Origin: Deltaproteobacteria bacterium RIFCSPHIGHO2_01_FULL_43_49
GTDB taxonomy: Bacteria > UBA10199 > SPLOWO2-01-44-7
Reading direction: 5' to 3'
Assembly (NCBI GenBank): GCA_001798075.1
Contig: MGRG01000005.1
Location: forward strand, 193,148 to 257,147
Length of the DNA stretch: 64,000 nucleotides
Within the stretch, counting starts at the first letter, position 1. Every line of letters starts with the position of its first letter. The position numbers were made by a program, and so were the translations under genes. A model generated the notes under the pieces. It saw only the letters and a list, made by a program, of their open reading frames with translations. It was not told where the DNA came from and made no database searches. Shown one piece after another: positions 35,871-45,236 of this stretch.

Positions 35871-38800
35871 ATGACTTATCAACAAGGGGGCTTCGTGTCT
35901 GAAAAACTTAAAAAACGTGAAAAGGTGATCGTAAAACAAGAGATATCACCGGTTCTTCACTCTGTGCCGAAAGGATTGACTCTGAATCGTCTTTTTGCAA
36001 AAGAGGGGAGCGACCCCCTAGATCAAGCTCGTTATGCGAAACGCTCCTCCTTTATCAATAATACCGATGGCTCTGTTGTTTTTAAAATGGAAGATTGTGA
36101 AGTGTCAGAGAGTTGGACGCAACTAGCAACCGATATCTTAGTATCCAAATATTTTAGAAAAAGAGGGGTTGAAGGAGAAGGGCGTGAAACCTCCATTAAG
36201 CAAGTTGTCAACCGAATTGCCAAATCAATTCGAAAGGGGGGGGAAGAGCTGGGAAGTTATTTTGCAACCCCTCAAGATGCCCAAAATTTTGAAGATGAGT
36301 TGAAGTTTTTGTTAGTTCATCAGTATGGAGCTTTTAATTCACCCGTCTGGTTTAATGTGGGACTTTATCATGCTTACGGGATTGAGGGGTCGGGGGGAAA
36401 TTGGCGTTGGGATCCTGCAAGCGATTCGATCGTAGAAACAGAAACAGCCTACAAAAATCCACAGGCTTCAGCCTGTTTTATCCAATCGGTTTCTGATGAT
36501 TTGATGTCTATCTTTGATTTAGCCAAAGCTGAGGCAAAACTTTTCAAATATGGAAGCGGGACAGGGACTAATTTTTCAAGCCTCAGAGGCCGTCAGGAAA
36601 AACTCTCTGGGGGTGGAACATCCTCTGGGTTGATGTCTTTTTTGGAGGTTTTGGACAGAGGAGCTGGGGCCACCAAATCTGGGGGGACAACCAGAAGGGC
36701 AGCCAAAATGGTATGCCTCGATATGGATCATCCTGAAATTGGTGACTTTGTTGAGTGGAAGGTCAGAGAAGAAAGAAAGGCGCAGGCCCTTATTGCCTCT
36801 GGTTTGGATGCGGATTTCAATGGAGAGGCCTATAAAACGGTTTCTGGACAGAATTCCAACAACTCGGTTCGTATCCCCGATGAGTTTATGTATGCCTACT
36901 TGAACGACGGGGATTGGAAGACAAAGTTTAGAACCACCGGTGAGGTTTGCGAAACCTTTAAAGCCAGAGATTTGATGAAAAAGATCGCCTCTGCGGCGTG
37001 GCGCTGTGCCGATCCGGGTGTGCAGTTTGATACTAATACAAATAAATGGCATACTTGTAAAAGTTCAGGAAGAATCAATGCTTCGAATCCCTGCGGAGAG
37101 TATAATTTTTTAGATGACAGCGCCTGCAATTTGGCAAGTCTCAACTTGACGAAATTTTATAATGAAGAGACGCGAACCTTCGACATTGAAAAATTTAGAC
37201 ATGCCTGCAAGATTTTTATTACCGCCCAAGAAATTTTGGTCGATTTTTGTTCCTATCCAACCAAGACCGTTGCTAAAAATAGCCACGATTATCGACCTTT
37301 GGGTCTGGGCTACGCAAATTTAGGGACACTCTTAATGGTTATGGGGCTTTCCTACGACTCGGACGCAGCCAGAAGCATTTGTGCTGCCATTACCGCCGTG
37401 ATGACAGGTCGTAGCTATTTGATCTCCGCAGAGATTGCCTCTCACAAAGGAGCTTTTCCAGGTTTTGCAAAGAATAGAGAACCGATGTTGGAGGTAATGA
37501 GCATGCATAGAGATGCAGCTCTCACCATCGACAAAGAAAAATGCCCTAATTATTTGCGCGAGGCTGCAATAGAAGATTGGAACCGCTGCCTCGAAGCGGG
37601 AGAAAAACATGGCTATCGTAATGCCCAAGCAACGGTCTTAGCTCCAACTGGAACGATTGGTTTGTTGATGGATTGCGACACCACTGGAATCGAACCCGAT
37701 TTTGCCCTCGTCAAATTTAAAAAACTGGCAGGAGGTGGCTATTTTAAAATCGTTAACCAAAGTCTTCCAAAAGCATTGAGGAGTTTGGGTTATACGGAGA
37801 GCCAAATCACCGATATTGTGACTTATATTGTAGGGACTGCTTCTCTGATAGGGGCCCCTCACATTAATTCAGAAAGTTTAAGGGCCAAAGATTTCACCCA
37901 GGAAGAACTTGCTAAAGTAGAAAAGACACTCCCCAGTGTCTTTGATCTCCCCAATGCCTTTACCGTTCATATTTTGGGAAAAGAGACACTGGCACGATTT
38001 GGGCTCACCGAAGAACAATACACAAAGCCCAATTTTAATATGTTGAAAGCCCTAGGTTTTAGTCCTGTGCAGATAGAAGAGGCCTCTTTAGTCATTTGTG
38101 GGAGAATGACAGTGGAGGGGGCCCCTCATTTGAAAGAAGAGCATCTTCCCGTTTTTGATTGTGCTAACAAATGTGGAAAATCAGGAAAGCGTTTCTTGGC
38201 CCCCATGTCCCATGTGAAGATGATGGCAGCTGCACAGCCTTTTATCAGCGGAGCCATTTCGAAGACAATCAATATTCCCAATGAAGCCACTATTGAAGAT
38301 ATAGAAAATCTTTATGTGGAAACCTGGCGTTTGGGATTGAAAGCCGTTGCCCTCTATCGTGATGGTTGCAAAATGTCTCAGCCGCTCAATGCGATGAGCG
38401 ATTCCCAGGCCAAGAAACAGACTGAAGCAGAAAAGAGTGCCCCGGCACCACAGCAGGTTGTTTTAAAACGACGCAGGCTTTCGAAGAAGCGTCGTGGGTT
38501 TACATTGGAAGCAAGAGTAGGGGGTCAGAAAGTTTATTTAAGAACGGGTGAATACAACGAAGGGGGCCTGGGGGAAATCTTTGTCGACATGCACAAGGAG
38601 GGGGCTGCGTTTAGAAGCATGATGAACTGTTTTGCCATCGCTGTCTCTTTGGGACTCCAATATGGGGTTCCCCTCGAAGAATATGTCGACTGCTTTACCT
38701 TTACCCGGTTTGAACCGCATGGAGTAGTCGATCATCCCAACATCAAGATGGCAACCTCTGTAATCGATTTTATCTTTAGAGTTTTGGGGATGGAATATTT

Positions 38801-39098
38801 AGGAAGGACCGATTTTGTCCAGGTCAAGCCCTCCAAAGATGAAGATGTCGTTTTAGAGCTGGAGAGTAAGAACAGAGAACAGAAGTCAGAGAACAGAAAA
38901 CAGAAAACAGATGGCAATGTAGTGCCCTTAAGTATTCGAACCTCGAACCTCGAACCTCGAACCTCGAACAGCCCCAACGAACATCTATCCACTATGATGG
39001 GGGATGCCCCTTTTTGCGATTCTTGCGGTCATGTAACAGTGCGGAACGGATCTTGTTACCGCTGCCTGAACTGCGGCAATTCAATGGGGTGTAGTTAA
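35871..39098 (+). CDS. nrdJ: Class II (B12-dependent) ribonucleotide reductase
   Basis: [26 protein letters not shown]-terminal Zn ribbon ending GCS; alternative GTG start at 35895. Confidence 0.96.
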   Translation: MTYQQGGFVSEKLKKREKVIVKQEISPVLHSVPKGLTLNRLFAKEGSDPLDQARYAKRSSFINNTDGSVVFKMEDCEVSESWTQLATDILVSKYFRKRGVEGEGRETSIKQVVNRIAKSIRKGGEELGSYFATPQDAQNFEDELKFLLVHQYGAFNSPVWFNVGLYHAYGIEGSGGNWRWDPASDSIVETETAYKNPQASACFIQSVSDDLMSIFDLAKAEAKLFKYGSGTGTNFSSLRGRQEKLSGGGTSSGLMSFLEVLDRGAGATKSGGTTRRAAKMVCLDMDHPEIGDFVEWKVREERKAQALIASGLDADFNGEAYKTVSGQNSNNSVRIPDEFMYAYLNDGDWKTKFRTTGEVCETFKARDLMKKIASAAWRCADPGVQFDTNTNKWHTCKSSGRINASNPCGEYNFLDDSACNLASLNLTKFYNEETRTFDIEKFRHACKIFITAQEILVDFCSYPTKTVAKNSHDYRPLGLGYANLGTLLMVMGLSYDSDAARSICAAITAVMTGRSYLISAEIASHKGAFPGFAKNREPMLEVMSMHRDAALTIDKEKCPNYLREAAIEDWNRCLEAGEKHGYRNAQATVLAPTGTIGLLMDCDTTGIEPDFALVKFKKLAGGGYFKIVNQSLPKALRSLGYTESQITDIVTYIVGTASLIGAPHINSESLRAKDFTQEELAKVEKTLPSVFDLPNAFTVHILGKETLARFGLTEEQYTKPNFNMLKALGFSPVQIEEASLVICGRMTVEGAPHLKEEHLPVFDCANKCGKSGKRFLAPMSHVKMMAAAQPFISGAISKTINIPNEATIEDIENLYVETWRLGLKAVALYRDGCKMSQPLNAMSDSQAKKQTEAEKSAPAPQQVVLKRRRLSKKRRGFTLEARVGGQKVYLRTGEYNEGGLGEIFVDMHKEGAAFRSMMNCFAIAVSLGLQYGVPLEEYVDCFTFTRFEPHGVVDHPNIKMATSVIDFIFRVLGMEYLGRTDFVQVKPSKDEDVVLELESKNREQKSENRKQKTDGNVVPLSIRTSNLEPRTSNSPNEHLSTMMGDAPFCDSCGHVTVRNGSCYRCLNCGNSMGCS
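38869..38970 (+). repeat. Two heptamer tandem arrays inside nrdJ
   Basis: Six AGAACAG-like units at 38869-38910; five TCGAACC-like units at 38936-38970. Confidence 0.9.
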
Positions 39099-39994
39099 AG
39101 TTTCAAGCGGCGGCGGAGATCGCTGAGTTCTCGTTGGATGCGAACATCAGAGGCTTCTTCTTTCTTGAGTTGGTTCAAACGCTTTTCTTCAATCTCTGGC
39201 CACAATCCTTTTTCTTTTAATGCTTTTGAGAGTAGTTCTGCCTCAGAGTGGGAAAGAGTTGTAGTATGGAGCACATGTTCTTCAAACGCCTCCCAAGCAA
39301 TCGGACAATATTGTTTCACAAAATGGGCCATGGCTTCGGCAAAAACACGGATTTCTTTTTGGGCATGGGCATCTAGGCGCAGGCTTAGGAAATGCAAGAG
39401 GTTATGAAGATCAATTTTCCAATACCATTCGGTATAAATAGATAGGGGAAGATTGGCTCTAGCCACTTCTCTGGCAACCCCCACCTTCAGGTAGTGTTGG
39501 TATTCCTCGTAGAGTCTTTTTTGGTCTTCCTGAAACGATTTTTGGATCTCTTTGGCCTCAGGGATTGCAACCGCTTCTTCTTCTGAAGAACCTTGCCTGT
39601 TCGTTACCGATTGTTTGCGTAAATCTTCAGTTTCTGGAATCCAGAAAACATCTTCCATGATGGAATAACGCCCACTCATTTCGTTGACGTTAGCAGTGCG
39701 GTGTCTGATCCACTGGCGAGCGACAAAAATAGGCATTTTGCAGTGAAACTTGAATTCCACCATTTCAAAAGGGGTAGTATGGCGGTGTTGCATCAGATAA
39801 AAAATCAAAGCGCGGTCGGCACGAACCGATTTTGTCCCTTTGCCGTAGGAAACGCGGGCTGACTGAACGATGGAGGAATCGTCTCCCATCACCTCCACAA
39901 GGCGGACAAAACCTTTATCAAGGCAAGGAATATAGTTGGGGTCTGATTTGATGTCGTAGTCTTCCTTGGGATTTACTTGTGTGATTTCGCCCAT
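39095..39994 (-). CDS. thyX: FAD-dependent thymidylate synthase
   Basis: [37 protein letters not shown]. Confidence 0.97.
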   Translation of the reverse strand: MGEITQVNPKEDYDIKSDPNYIPCLDKGFVRLVEVMGDDSSIVQSARVSYGKGTKSVRADRALIFYLMQHRHTTPFEMVEFKFHCKMPIFVARQWIRHRTANVNEMSGRYSIMEDVFWIPETEDLRKQSVTNRQGSSEEEAVAIPEAKEIQKSFQEDQKRLYEEYQHYLKVGVAREVARANLPLSIYTEWYWKIDLHNLLHFLSLRLDAHAQKEIRVFAEAMAHFVKQYCPIAWEAFEEHVLHTTTLSHSEAELLSKALKEKGLWPEIEEKRLNQLKKEEASDVRIQRELSDLRRRLKL

Positions 39995-40047
39995 AGAGTT
40001 TGCTTGACCTCTTCTGGAACATCCCTTAGAAATATGCATTCCGTCAA

Positions 40048-40662
40048 ATGGAAATTTCCCAACGTAAACCTTGGCTAGAAAGAACGATCACTCTGTTGCT
40101 GATTGCCTATTTCATCTTTGGTTATCTTCCCATCGCAAGCTGGAATGAATCTAGGGGTTTTTATCATATCCTTGGATTTTCCTGGGAAGAAAAGATCCCT
40201 TTTATAACCCCCTTTATCTTGGGCTACAGCCTCGTTTATGGAAGTGTATTTTTTATTTATTGGGTCATTCCCAATTGGGTTGTTTTCAAAAAGATGGCGT
40301 GGGGATTTTTTTGGGTTACAACCATTCATTATGTTTTTTTCGTTCTTTATCCGGTCAAGATGGTTTGGAGACCAGAAATTGTTGAAGCAAAAGACCTATT
40401 TGAATGGATTGCTAAATTTATTTTTTCACTCGACAACACCTATAATTGTTTTCCTTCACTCCATGTTGCCTACCCCACACTCGCCACCACCCTTGCCTGG
40501 AAGTTTGTTCCCAAGATGCGATATTGGTTTGCGGCCATGGCCCTCATTACCGCTATTTCAGTCGTGTTGGTGAAACAGCACTATATTGTGGATGCCATCG
40601 GAGGGATGGTTGTTTCCATTCTGATTGGTTTGGTGCTGATAAGAACAAGCTCAAATGGTTAG
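40048..40662 (+). CDS. PAP2-superfamily membrane phosphatase / phosphotransferase
   Basis: NCFPSLHV, KQHYIVD, TM segments. Confidence 0.88.
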   Translation: MEISQRKPWLERTITLLLIAYFIFGYLPIASWNESRGFYHILGFSWEEKIPFITPFILGYSLVYGSVFFIYWVIPNWVVFKKMAWGFFWVTTIHYVFFVLYPVKMVWRPEIVEAKDLFEWIAKFIFSLDNTYNCFPSLHVAYPTLATTLAWKFVPKMRYWFAAMALITAISVVLVKQHYIVDAIGGMVVSILIGLVLIRTSSNG

Positions 40663-40688
40663 CGATAGGCTAACCCCCTGACACTTTT

Positions 40689-40860
40689 CGTTCCCAAGCA
40701 GGCGTGGCGGAAGGCTAACCCAAGGGACGTTATCAAAATGGGGGTGATCCCCCATTTTGCACTCTCTCTCGCCCCGCCAATTATTCAGAACCCCCATAAT
40801 GTGTGGCGGGGCTGCGAGAAGCCGCTTGGGTTAGCCTTCCGCCACGCCTGCTTGGGAACG
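40689..40860. repeat. MITE-like element with a perfect 36-bp terminal inverted repeat
   Basis: 40689-40724 is the exact reverse complement of 40825-40860; two internal hairpins. Confidence 0.85.
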
Positions 40861-40874
40861 GACAAGACTAGACT

Positions 40875-41040
40875 GGTGAAAAAGTCGCGCGAGGGATGCG
40901 TTTTGAGAAAAGCGTCTCGGAGCCCATTTTCACAAACGGGAAATAAAGATAAAATGGGCGAGAGTCGAGCGGCGATTTTGGGTCGTCCAAAAATCGACCA
41001 CGTCTTTTCGAAAAACCATCCCGGAAGCGACTTTTTCATC
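40875..41040. repeat. Second branched palindromic element
   Basis: TGAAAAAGTCGC/GCGACTTTTTCA closing stem, GGGATG/CATCCC, two internal hairpins. Confidence 0.75.
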
Positions 41041-41066
41041 ATATCCAAAAAATATCAGAGGGCTGG

Positions 41067-41642
41067 CTATCGATAGGGGATTTTTTGAACAGGTGGTGGC
41101 TCGGAATAAGGGATATGAATAGTTTTCTTTGTTTTTTGCGTCGGAATAGTTTTAGTCTCACTTTTTGGATAAACATCGTAGGTATCAGAGGAAACTTGTG
41201 TGGTTCCAAAAATTTGGTTGGACAACAATGTATCCCTTGACACGGCTTTTTTAACCTCTCCCTGGTCCTTGTTTTTAGTTTTTTTGGATGGGAGCTCTCC
41301 CAGTTCGTAGGTTCCCTCACCTTTTTGTTTTTTCTCTTCTTCAAAAGAGTCATAGATCACTTTGATTTCCATTTCTCCAGCCTTGCCCGTTTTTTTAAGA
41401 GGGGCCTGTTTCGTTGTGGTTGTGGAAGGTAATGCAGGAGGGGGTGGTTTGGCATAGGGTTCTCCTGTGAGTGGTTGCACGACAGGAGTCCCTACCGGTT
41501 GGACCACTTGACCAATCCCTGTTGTCAACGTTGTGTTGGGATCATTTCCGAGAAGTGCTTTGCGAGTATCATCGTTTGCCTGCGCATACACTTTTTGGCT
41601 GAGGCAACAAGCAATTAGAATTGACAAGACGCAGCATTTCAT
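41067..41642 (-). CDS. Hypothetical exported Pro/Thr/Lys-rich protein
   Basis: Signal peptide ending VYA-QA, low complexity. Confidence 0.7.
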   Translation of the reverse strand: MKCCVLSILIACCLSQKVYAQANDDTRKALLGNDPNTTLTTGIGQVVQPVGTPVVQPLTGEPYAKPPPPALPSTTTTKQAPLKKTGKAGEMEIKVIYDSFEEEKKQKGEGTYELGELPSKKTKNKDQGEVKKAVSRDTLLSNQIFGTTQVSSDTYDVYPKSETKTIPTQKTKKTIHIPYSEPPPVQKIPYR

Positions 41643-41657
41643 ACACTTCAGTATATC

Positions 41658-41727
41658 AGGTGCCAGGTACCTTTTGCAACAATTTCAACTAGAGTTTTGC
41701 ATTGCACGAAAAAGGTACCTGGCACCT
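41658..41727. repeat. 18-bp perfect inverted repeat AGGTGCCAGGTACCTTTT
   Basis: 41658-41675 and 41710-41727, between divergent genes. Confidence 0.85.
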
Positions 41728-41731
41728 TTAT

Positions 41732-42154
41732 ATGAAAAAGGTTCTTTTTATTTGTCTTGGTAACGCCTGCCGTTCTCAAATTGCAGAAGCCTTTGCTAAG
41801 GTTTATGGGGAGGGGTTCATTGAGGCTTATAGTGCAGGGGTTAAGCCGGCCGGTTTTGTCCATGACAAGACAATTGCTGTAATGGATGAAGTGGAAATTG
41901 ACTTGCGCGGGGCTGCTTCCAAACCGATTGATCCTGTCTTATTGTCTCAGGTTGATTGGCTTGTCACTTTGTCTGAAGAAGCCAAGCCCATATTTCCTGC
42001 CACTTCAAATCATGCCCGTAAACTCCATTGGTCGATTGATGACCCCGTTTCTGTTTTTGGCAAGGAAGAAAGAATCTTTCAGGCATTTCGGATGACTCGC
42101 GATGAAATAGAAAGAAGGGTAAAAACCCTAATGGATCAAATTAAGCAGTCCTAG
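41732..42154 (+). CDS. ArsC-like / low-molecular-weight protein tyrosine phosphatase
   Basis: CLGNACRSQIAE, YSAG, HWSIDDP; no resolving cysteines. Confidence 0.85.
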   Translation: MKKVLFICLGNACRSQIAEAFAKVYGEGFIEAYSAGVKPAGFVHDKTIAVMDEVEIDLRGAASKPIDPVLLSQVDWLVTLSEEAKPIFPATSNHARKLHWSIDDPVSVFGKEERIFQAFRMTRDEIERRVKTLMDQIKQS

Positions 42155-44135
42155 AGAAAATTTTCTCCCACCAACTTTTCCCTTGTGATTTTTTTCTATG
42201 CCGTTCTCGAACTAATTGTTCGTCGGGCCCATAGTATTCTTTATAGTAGTAGTAAGTGGGGGCCATCTTCATCTCTGCGGCCTTGATGTTATTGAGGACA
42301 ACACCCAAAACATTGGCTCCAGTGCTCGCCATCTGTACCTTGGCGCGCTTCAAGGCCCCTCTGGCAGTTCTTCCCACTTGATAGACAAGGATAACGCCAT
42401 CTACTTGCGGGCCCAAAACTGAAGCATCGGAGACGGGTAAAACAGGGGGGGTGTCAATGATCACGAAATCAAAATTTTGTCGCAGCTCCGTTAAAAGGGT
42501 TCTCATCTTATCAAGGGATAAAAGTTCTGCGGGGTTGGGTGGGAGTCTGCCCGAGGTCAAAAGATAAAAATTATCAATTCCCATGGTTTGGAGAATTCTA
42601 TCGGGCGGAAGTTCGCCAACGAGCAGATCTGTTGTTTTGCGAATAACATCTGACCAGGGGATATCTTTGGTGAGTATCTCGACTAAGCCCGGTTCTTTGT
42701 TCACCCCCAAGATTCTACTCACGGTTTCCCTTCTTAAATCCCCTGAGACAAGACAGGTCTTTTGGCCATTTTGGGCCAAAGTGAGGCTTAAGTTAAGAGC
42801 GGTGAGTGATTTACCCTCTCTGGCCCCTGCGCTGGTGATTTCCAAAATTTGTCCCTTCTTTTGGGCTACCGCAAAATTGACGTTTGTTCTTAGGGTTTTA
42901 TAGGCCTCCAAAGACGAAAATTGATGCTCCTCGCCACTGAGCATAATCAGTTTTCTAACCTCTTCGATGGCCGTTATGTCACTTCCTCCAGACCGCTGAA
43001 AAGCCTTGAAGGGTAAAAATTTCAGCCAATTCCTCCACTCCCATTTTTTTTCAGGAGGGGTGAAGTGGACCATTTCTGGGATAACTCCAAGAATTGGCAC
43101 TTGGAGGAAATCCTCAACCTCTTCGATTGTGGAAATAGAGGTGTCGACATTTTCTTTAACGAAAGCCAACAAAATTCCCAGGATCAGAGAAATGACAGCG
43201 CCAATCGTGACATTTTTTTGAAGATCAGGAGCAATGGGGGAGTCGGGGGGGCTGGCAACATCTAGAATAGTTATTCCAGAAACAGTTTGGGCTTCGGCAA
43301 TTTTGGCATCTTCATATTTTTGCTTGAGACCTCCATAGATAGAGTTCAAGGATTGTAATTCCCCTGTTAACTTATTGAATTGCATTTCCAGTTCAGGAAA
43401 TTTTGCCAACCTTACTTTTAGATTTTCAATTTGTCCCCTTAACTCAGTGACTTCTGGATGTCTGTCGGTATATTTTTCTAGGAGATTGCTAAGTTTGATC
43501 TCCATGTCGACCACTTGTGACTGAAAGGTTCCTAGTGAAGCCCCAATGGGATTTTTTTCCTTAAACTCTCTAACTTCTACTTCTTTCAGGCGCAATTTTT
43601 CCTCGTTTTCCTTTAGTAAATCCCATACATATTCCCGAACCTGTTTTGCTTGTTCATTATGATCTTTGAGACTCCATATTTGATAACCTTTGGCTACGGC
43701 ATTAACAATCATGGCGGCCTGTTTGGAATCGTTGGTTGTCACTGAGATATCGAGGATGTTTGTATTTCCTCTTTTAGAAGGGATAACTCCTTGAAAGGGT
43801 TCGATAATAGCTCCGACCTCCTTTTCGGTCATACCTTCTTTTATGAGTCCAAGAGCAGATGCGGCCTCGTGAGCAACACCACTTGTGCTAATAACTTCCA
43901 TTTGAGCTTCAAAAAAATCAGTTCCCTCCCATACATCAAATGTCGGGTCCGTCGTTCCTGCTGTTCTTGGTTTGTCCACTTTTACCGAGGCAGCGGCTTT
44001 ATAAGTGGGAGGAATGCGTGAGGTATGGATCCAAATGGCCGCTGTAATGATGAAAAATGTTCCTAAAACAATGACTTTACGCCTTTTGACAATACGCCAA
44101 TAATCGCCAAGATCTAATTCATACGTTTTGGGCAT
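42141..44135 (-). CDS. wzc: Polysaccharide co-polymerase / tyrosine autokinase
   Basis: Two TMs, periplasmic coiled coil, EGKS Walker A, IIDTPP, C-terminal YYYYKEYY. Confidence 0.92.
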   Translation of the reverse strand: MPKTYELDLGDYWRIVKRRKVIVLGTFFIITAAIWIHTSRIPPTYKAAASVKVDKPRTAGTTDPTFDVWEGTDFFEAQMEVISTSGVAHEAASALGLIKEGMTEKEVGAIIEPFQGVIPSKRGNTNILDISVTTNDSKQAAMIVNAVAKGYQIWSLKDHNEQAKQVREYVWDLLKENEEKLRLKEVEVREFKEKNPIGASLGTFQSQVVDMEIKLSNLLEKYTDRHPEVTELRGQIENLKVRLAKFPELEMQFNKLTGELQSLNSIYGGLKQKYEDAKIAEAQTVSGITILDVASPPDSPIAPDLQKNVTIGAVISLILGILLAFVKENVDTSISTIEEVEDFLQVPILGVIPEMVHFTPPEKKWEWRNWLKFLPFKAFQRSGGSDITAIEEVRKLIMLSGEEHQFSSLEAYKTLRTNVNFAVAQKKGQILEITSAGAREGKSLTALNLSLTLAQNGQKTCLVSGDLRRETVSRILGVNKEPGLVEILTKDIPWSDVIRKTTDLLVGELPPDRILQTMGIDNFYLLTSGRLPPNPAELLSLDKMRTLLTELRQNFDFVIIDTPPVLPVSDASVLGPQVDGVILVYQVGRTARGALKRAKVQMASTGANVLGVVLNNIKAAEMKMAPTYYYYKEYYGPDEQLVRERHRKKSQGKSWWEKIFSRTA

Positions 44136-44189
44136 AATTACCGATTTATCATGGATTTAGCTATTTGTATAGAGGATCTTGAATAAAAT

Positions 44190-45233
44190 CTACCTAACCA
44201 AATCTTTAACATCCCTATAAACAGAAGTTCCTAGGAGGGTATTTGATAAAAGAGGGGTGATGCGAGAGATGGCAATATTGAGATTGGCAATAAATAGTCT
44301 TGGAACGTAGACGATGTCACTAGAAGCAAGGGCTATATTTTGACTCAGGTCCCCTTTTAAAATTCTTGCAAGGTTGAGGCGGTAGATTTCTGGTTGTTGC
44401 AATCCTCCACGGATAAGAATTGTTCCCTTTTTAACGGCATCATTGGTAAAACCTCCGGCCAAAGCAATGAGATCAATAATGTTCGATCCTCCGGGAGGGG
44501 AATAAACACCGGGAGATTTTACCTCACCCAATAGAATTACTTTCATTCCGGCGAATTTTTGGATGGCAACGGATACTTGTGGATTTCTGATAAAATTGCT
44601 CAAAGAACTTGTCAGTCTTTCGTCAATCTCCATTAATGTCAAACCAGCCGCAGAAATTTCGCCTACAAACGGATAAGAAATGGAACCATCGGGACGGACA
44701 ATGACAATTTTATCTAAATCAACATTCCTCCAAACAGAGATTTCTAAAACGTCTCCGACTCCAACGCGATAAGGCTGTGGCTTTGCTAGTGGGGTCTCCT
44801 CTGCCATGGCGGGGTATTCCTCTTGCGCGGGGGGATAAACGGTTTCTTCTTCAACCGGCGCTTCTTTTTTCTCTTTCGCTGCTAACTTTTTTGCCTCCCT
44901 TTGCTTAACTTTTTCCTCTTTGAGTCGTTCTTTTTCTTCTTTTTCCTTATCCCGCTGGGCTTGAGACTCTTGCTTAATGGCTGTTTTTGCCATATTGCTG
45001 TAACATTTTTTTAAATAGACATCGGCTTGTTTATAATTAGCATTCAGCTCAATGACTTTTTGAAAAAGTATCTTGGCACTTTCATAATCCTCTTTGGAGT
45101 AAAAGGTCTTTGCCTGGCTGTAGCAATCTTCCATGGTTTCTTGTGTGCAAAGGGAATCACCCGATTGGGCTAAAAGATCGCTGGTGCTAACCACGAAGAA
45201 GAGGAAACTTAAAACTAGAGCGCTATTTCGCAT
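44190..45233 (-). CDS. Wza-like polysaccharide export protein with N-terminal TPR
   Basis: YRVGVGDVLEISVW, VRPDGSISYP, SLBB (GEVKSPG), C-terminal amphipathic helix. Confidence 0.88.
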   Translation of the reverse strand: MRNSALVLSFLFFVVSTSDLLAQSGDSLCTQETMEDCYSQAKTFYSKEDYESAKILFQKVIELNANYKQADVYLKKCYSNMAKTAIKQESQAQRDKEKEEKERLKEEKVKQREAKKLAAKEKKEAPVEEETVYPPAQEEYPAMAEETPLAKPQPYRVGVGDVLEISVWRNVDLDKIVIVRPDGSISYPFVGEISAAGLTLMEIDERLTSSLSNFIRNPQVSVAIQKFAGMKVILLGEVKSPGVYSPPGGSNIIDLIALAGGFTNDAVKKGTILIRGGLQQPEIYRLNLARILKGDLSQNIALASSDIVYVPRLFIANLNIAISRITPLLSNTLLGTSVYRDVKDLVR

Positions 45234-45236
45234 TTT

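Noticed and set aside
35871..39098. Intein or intron in nrdJ
   Set aside because: No splice-junction or homing-endonuclease motifs; the frame is continuous through NPCGE
40689..40860. 36-bp repeat as a CRISPR repeat
   Set aside because: Only two copies, inverted rather than direct, and no cas genes
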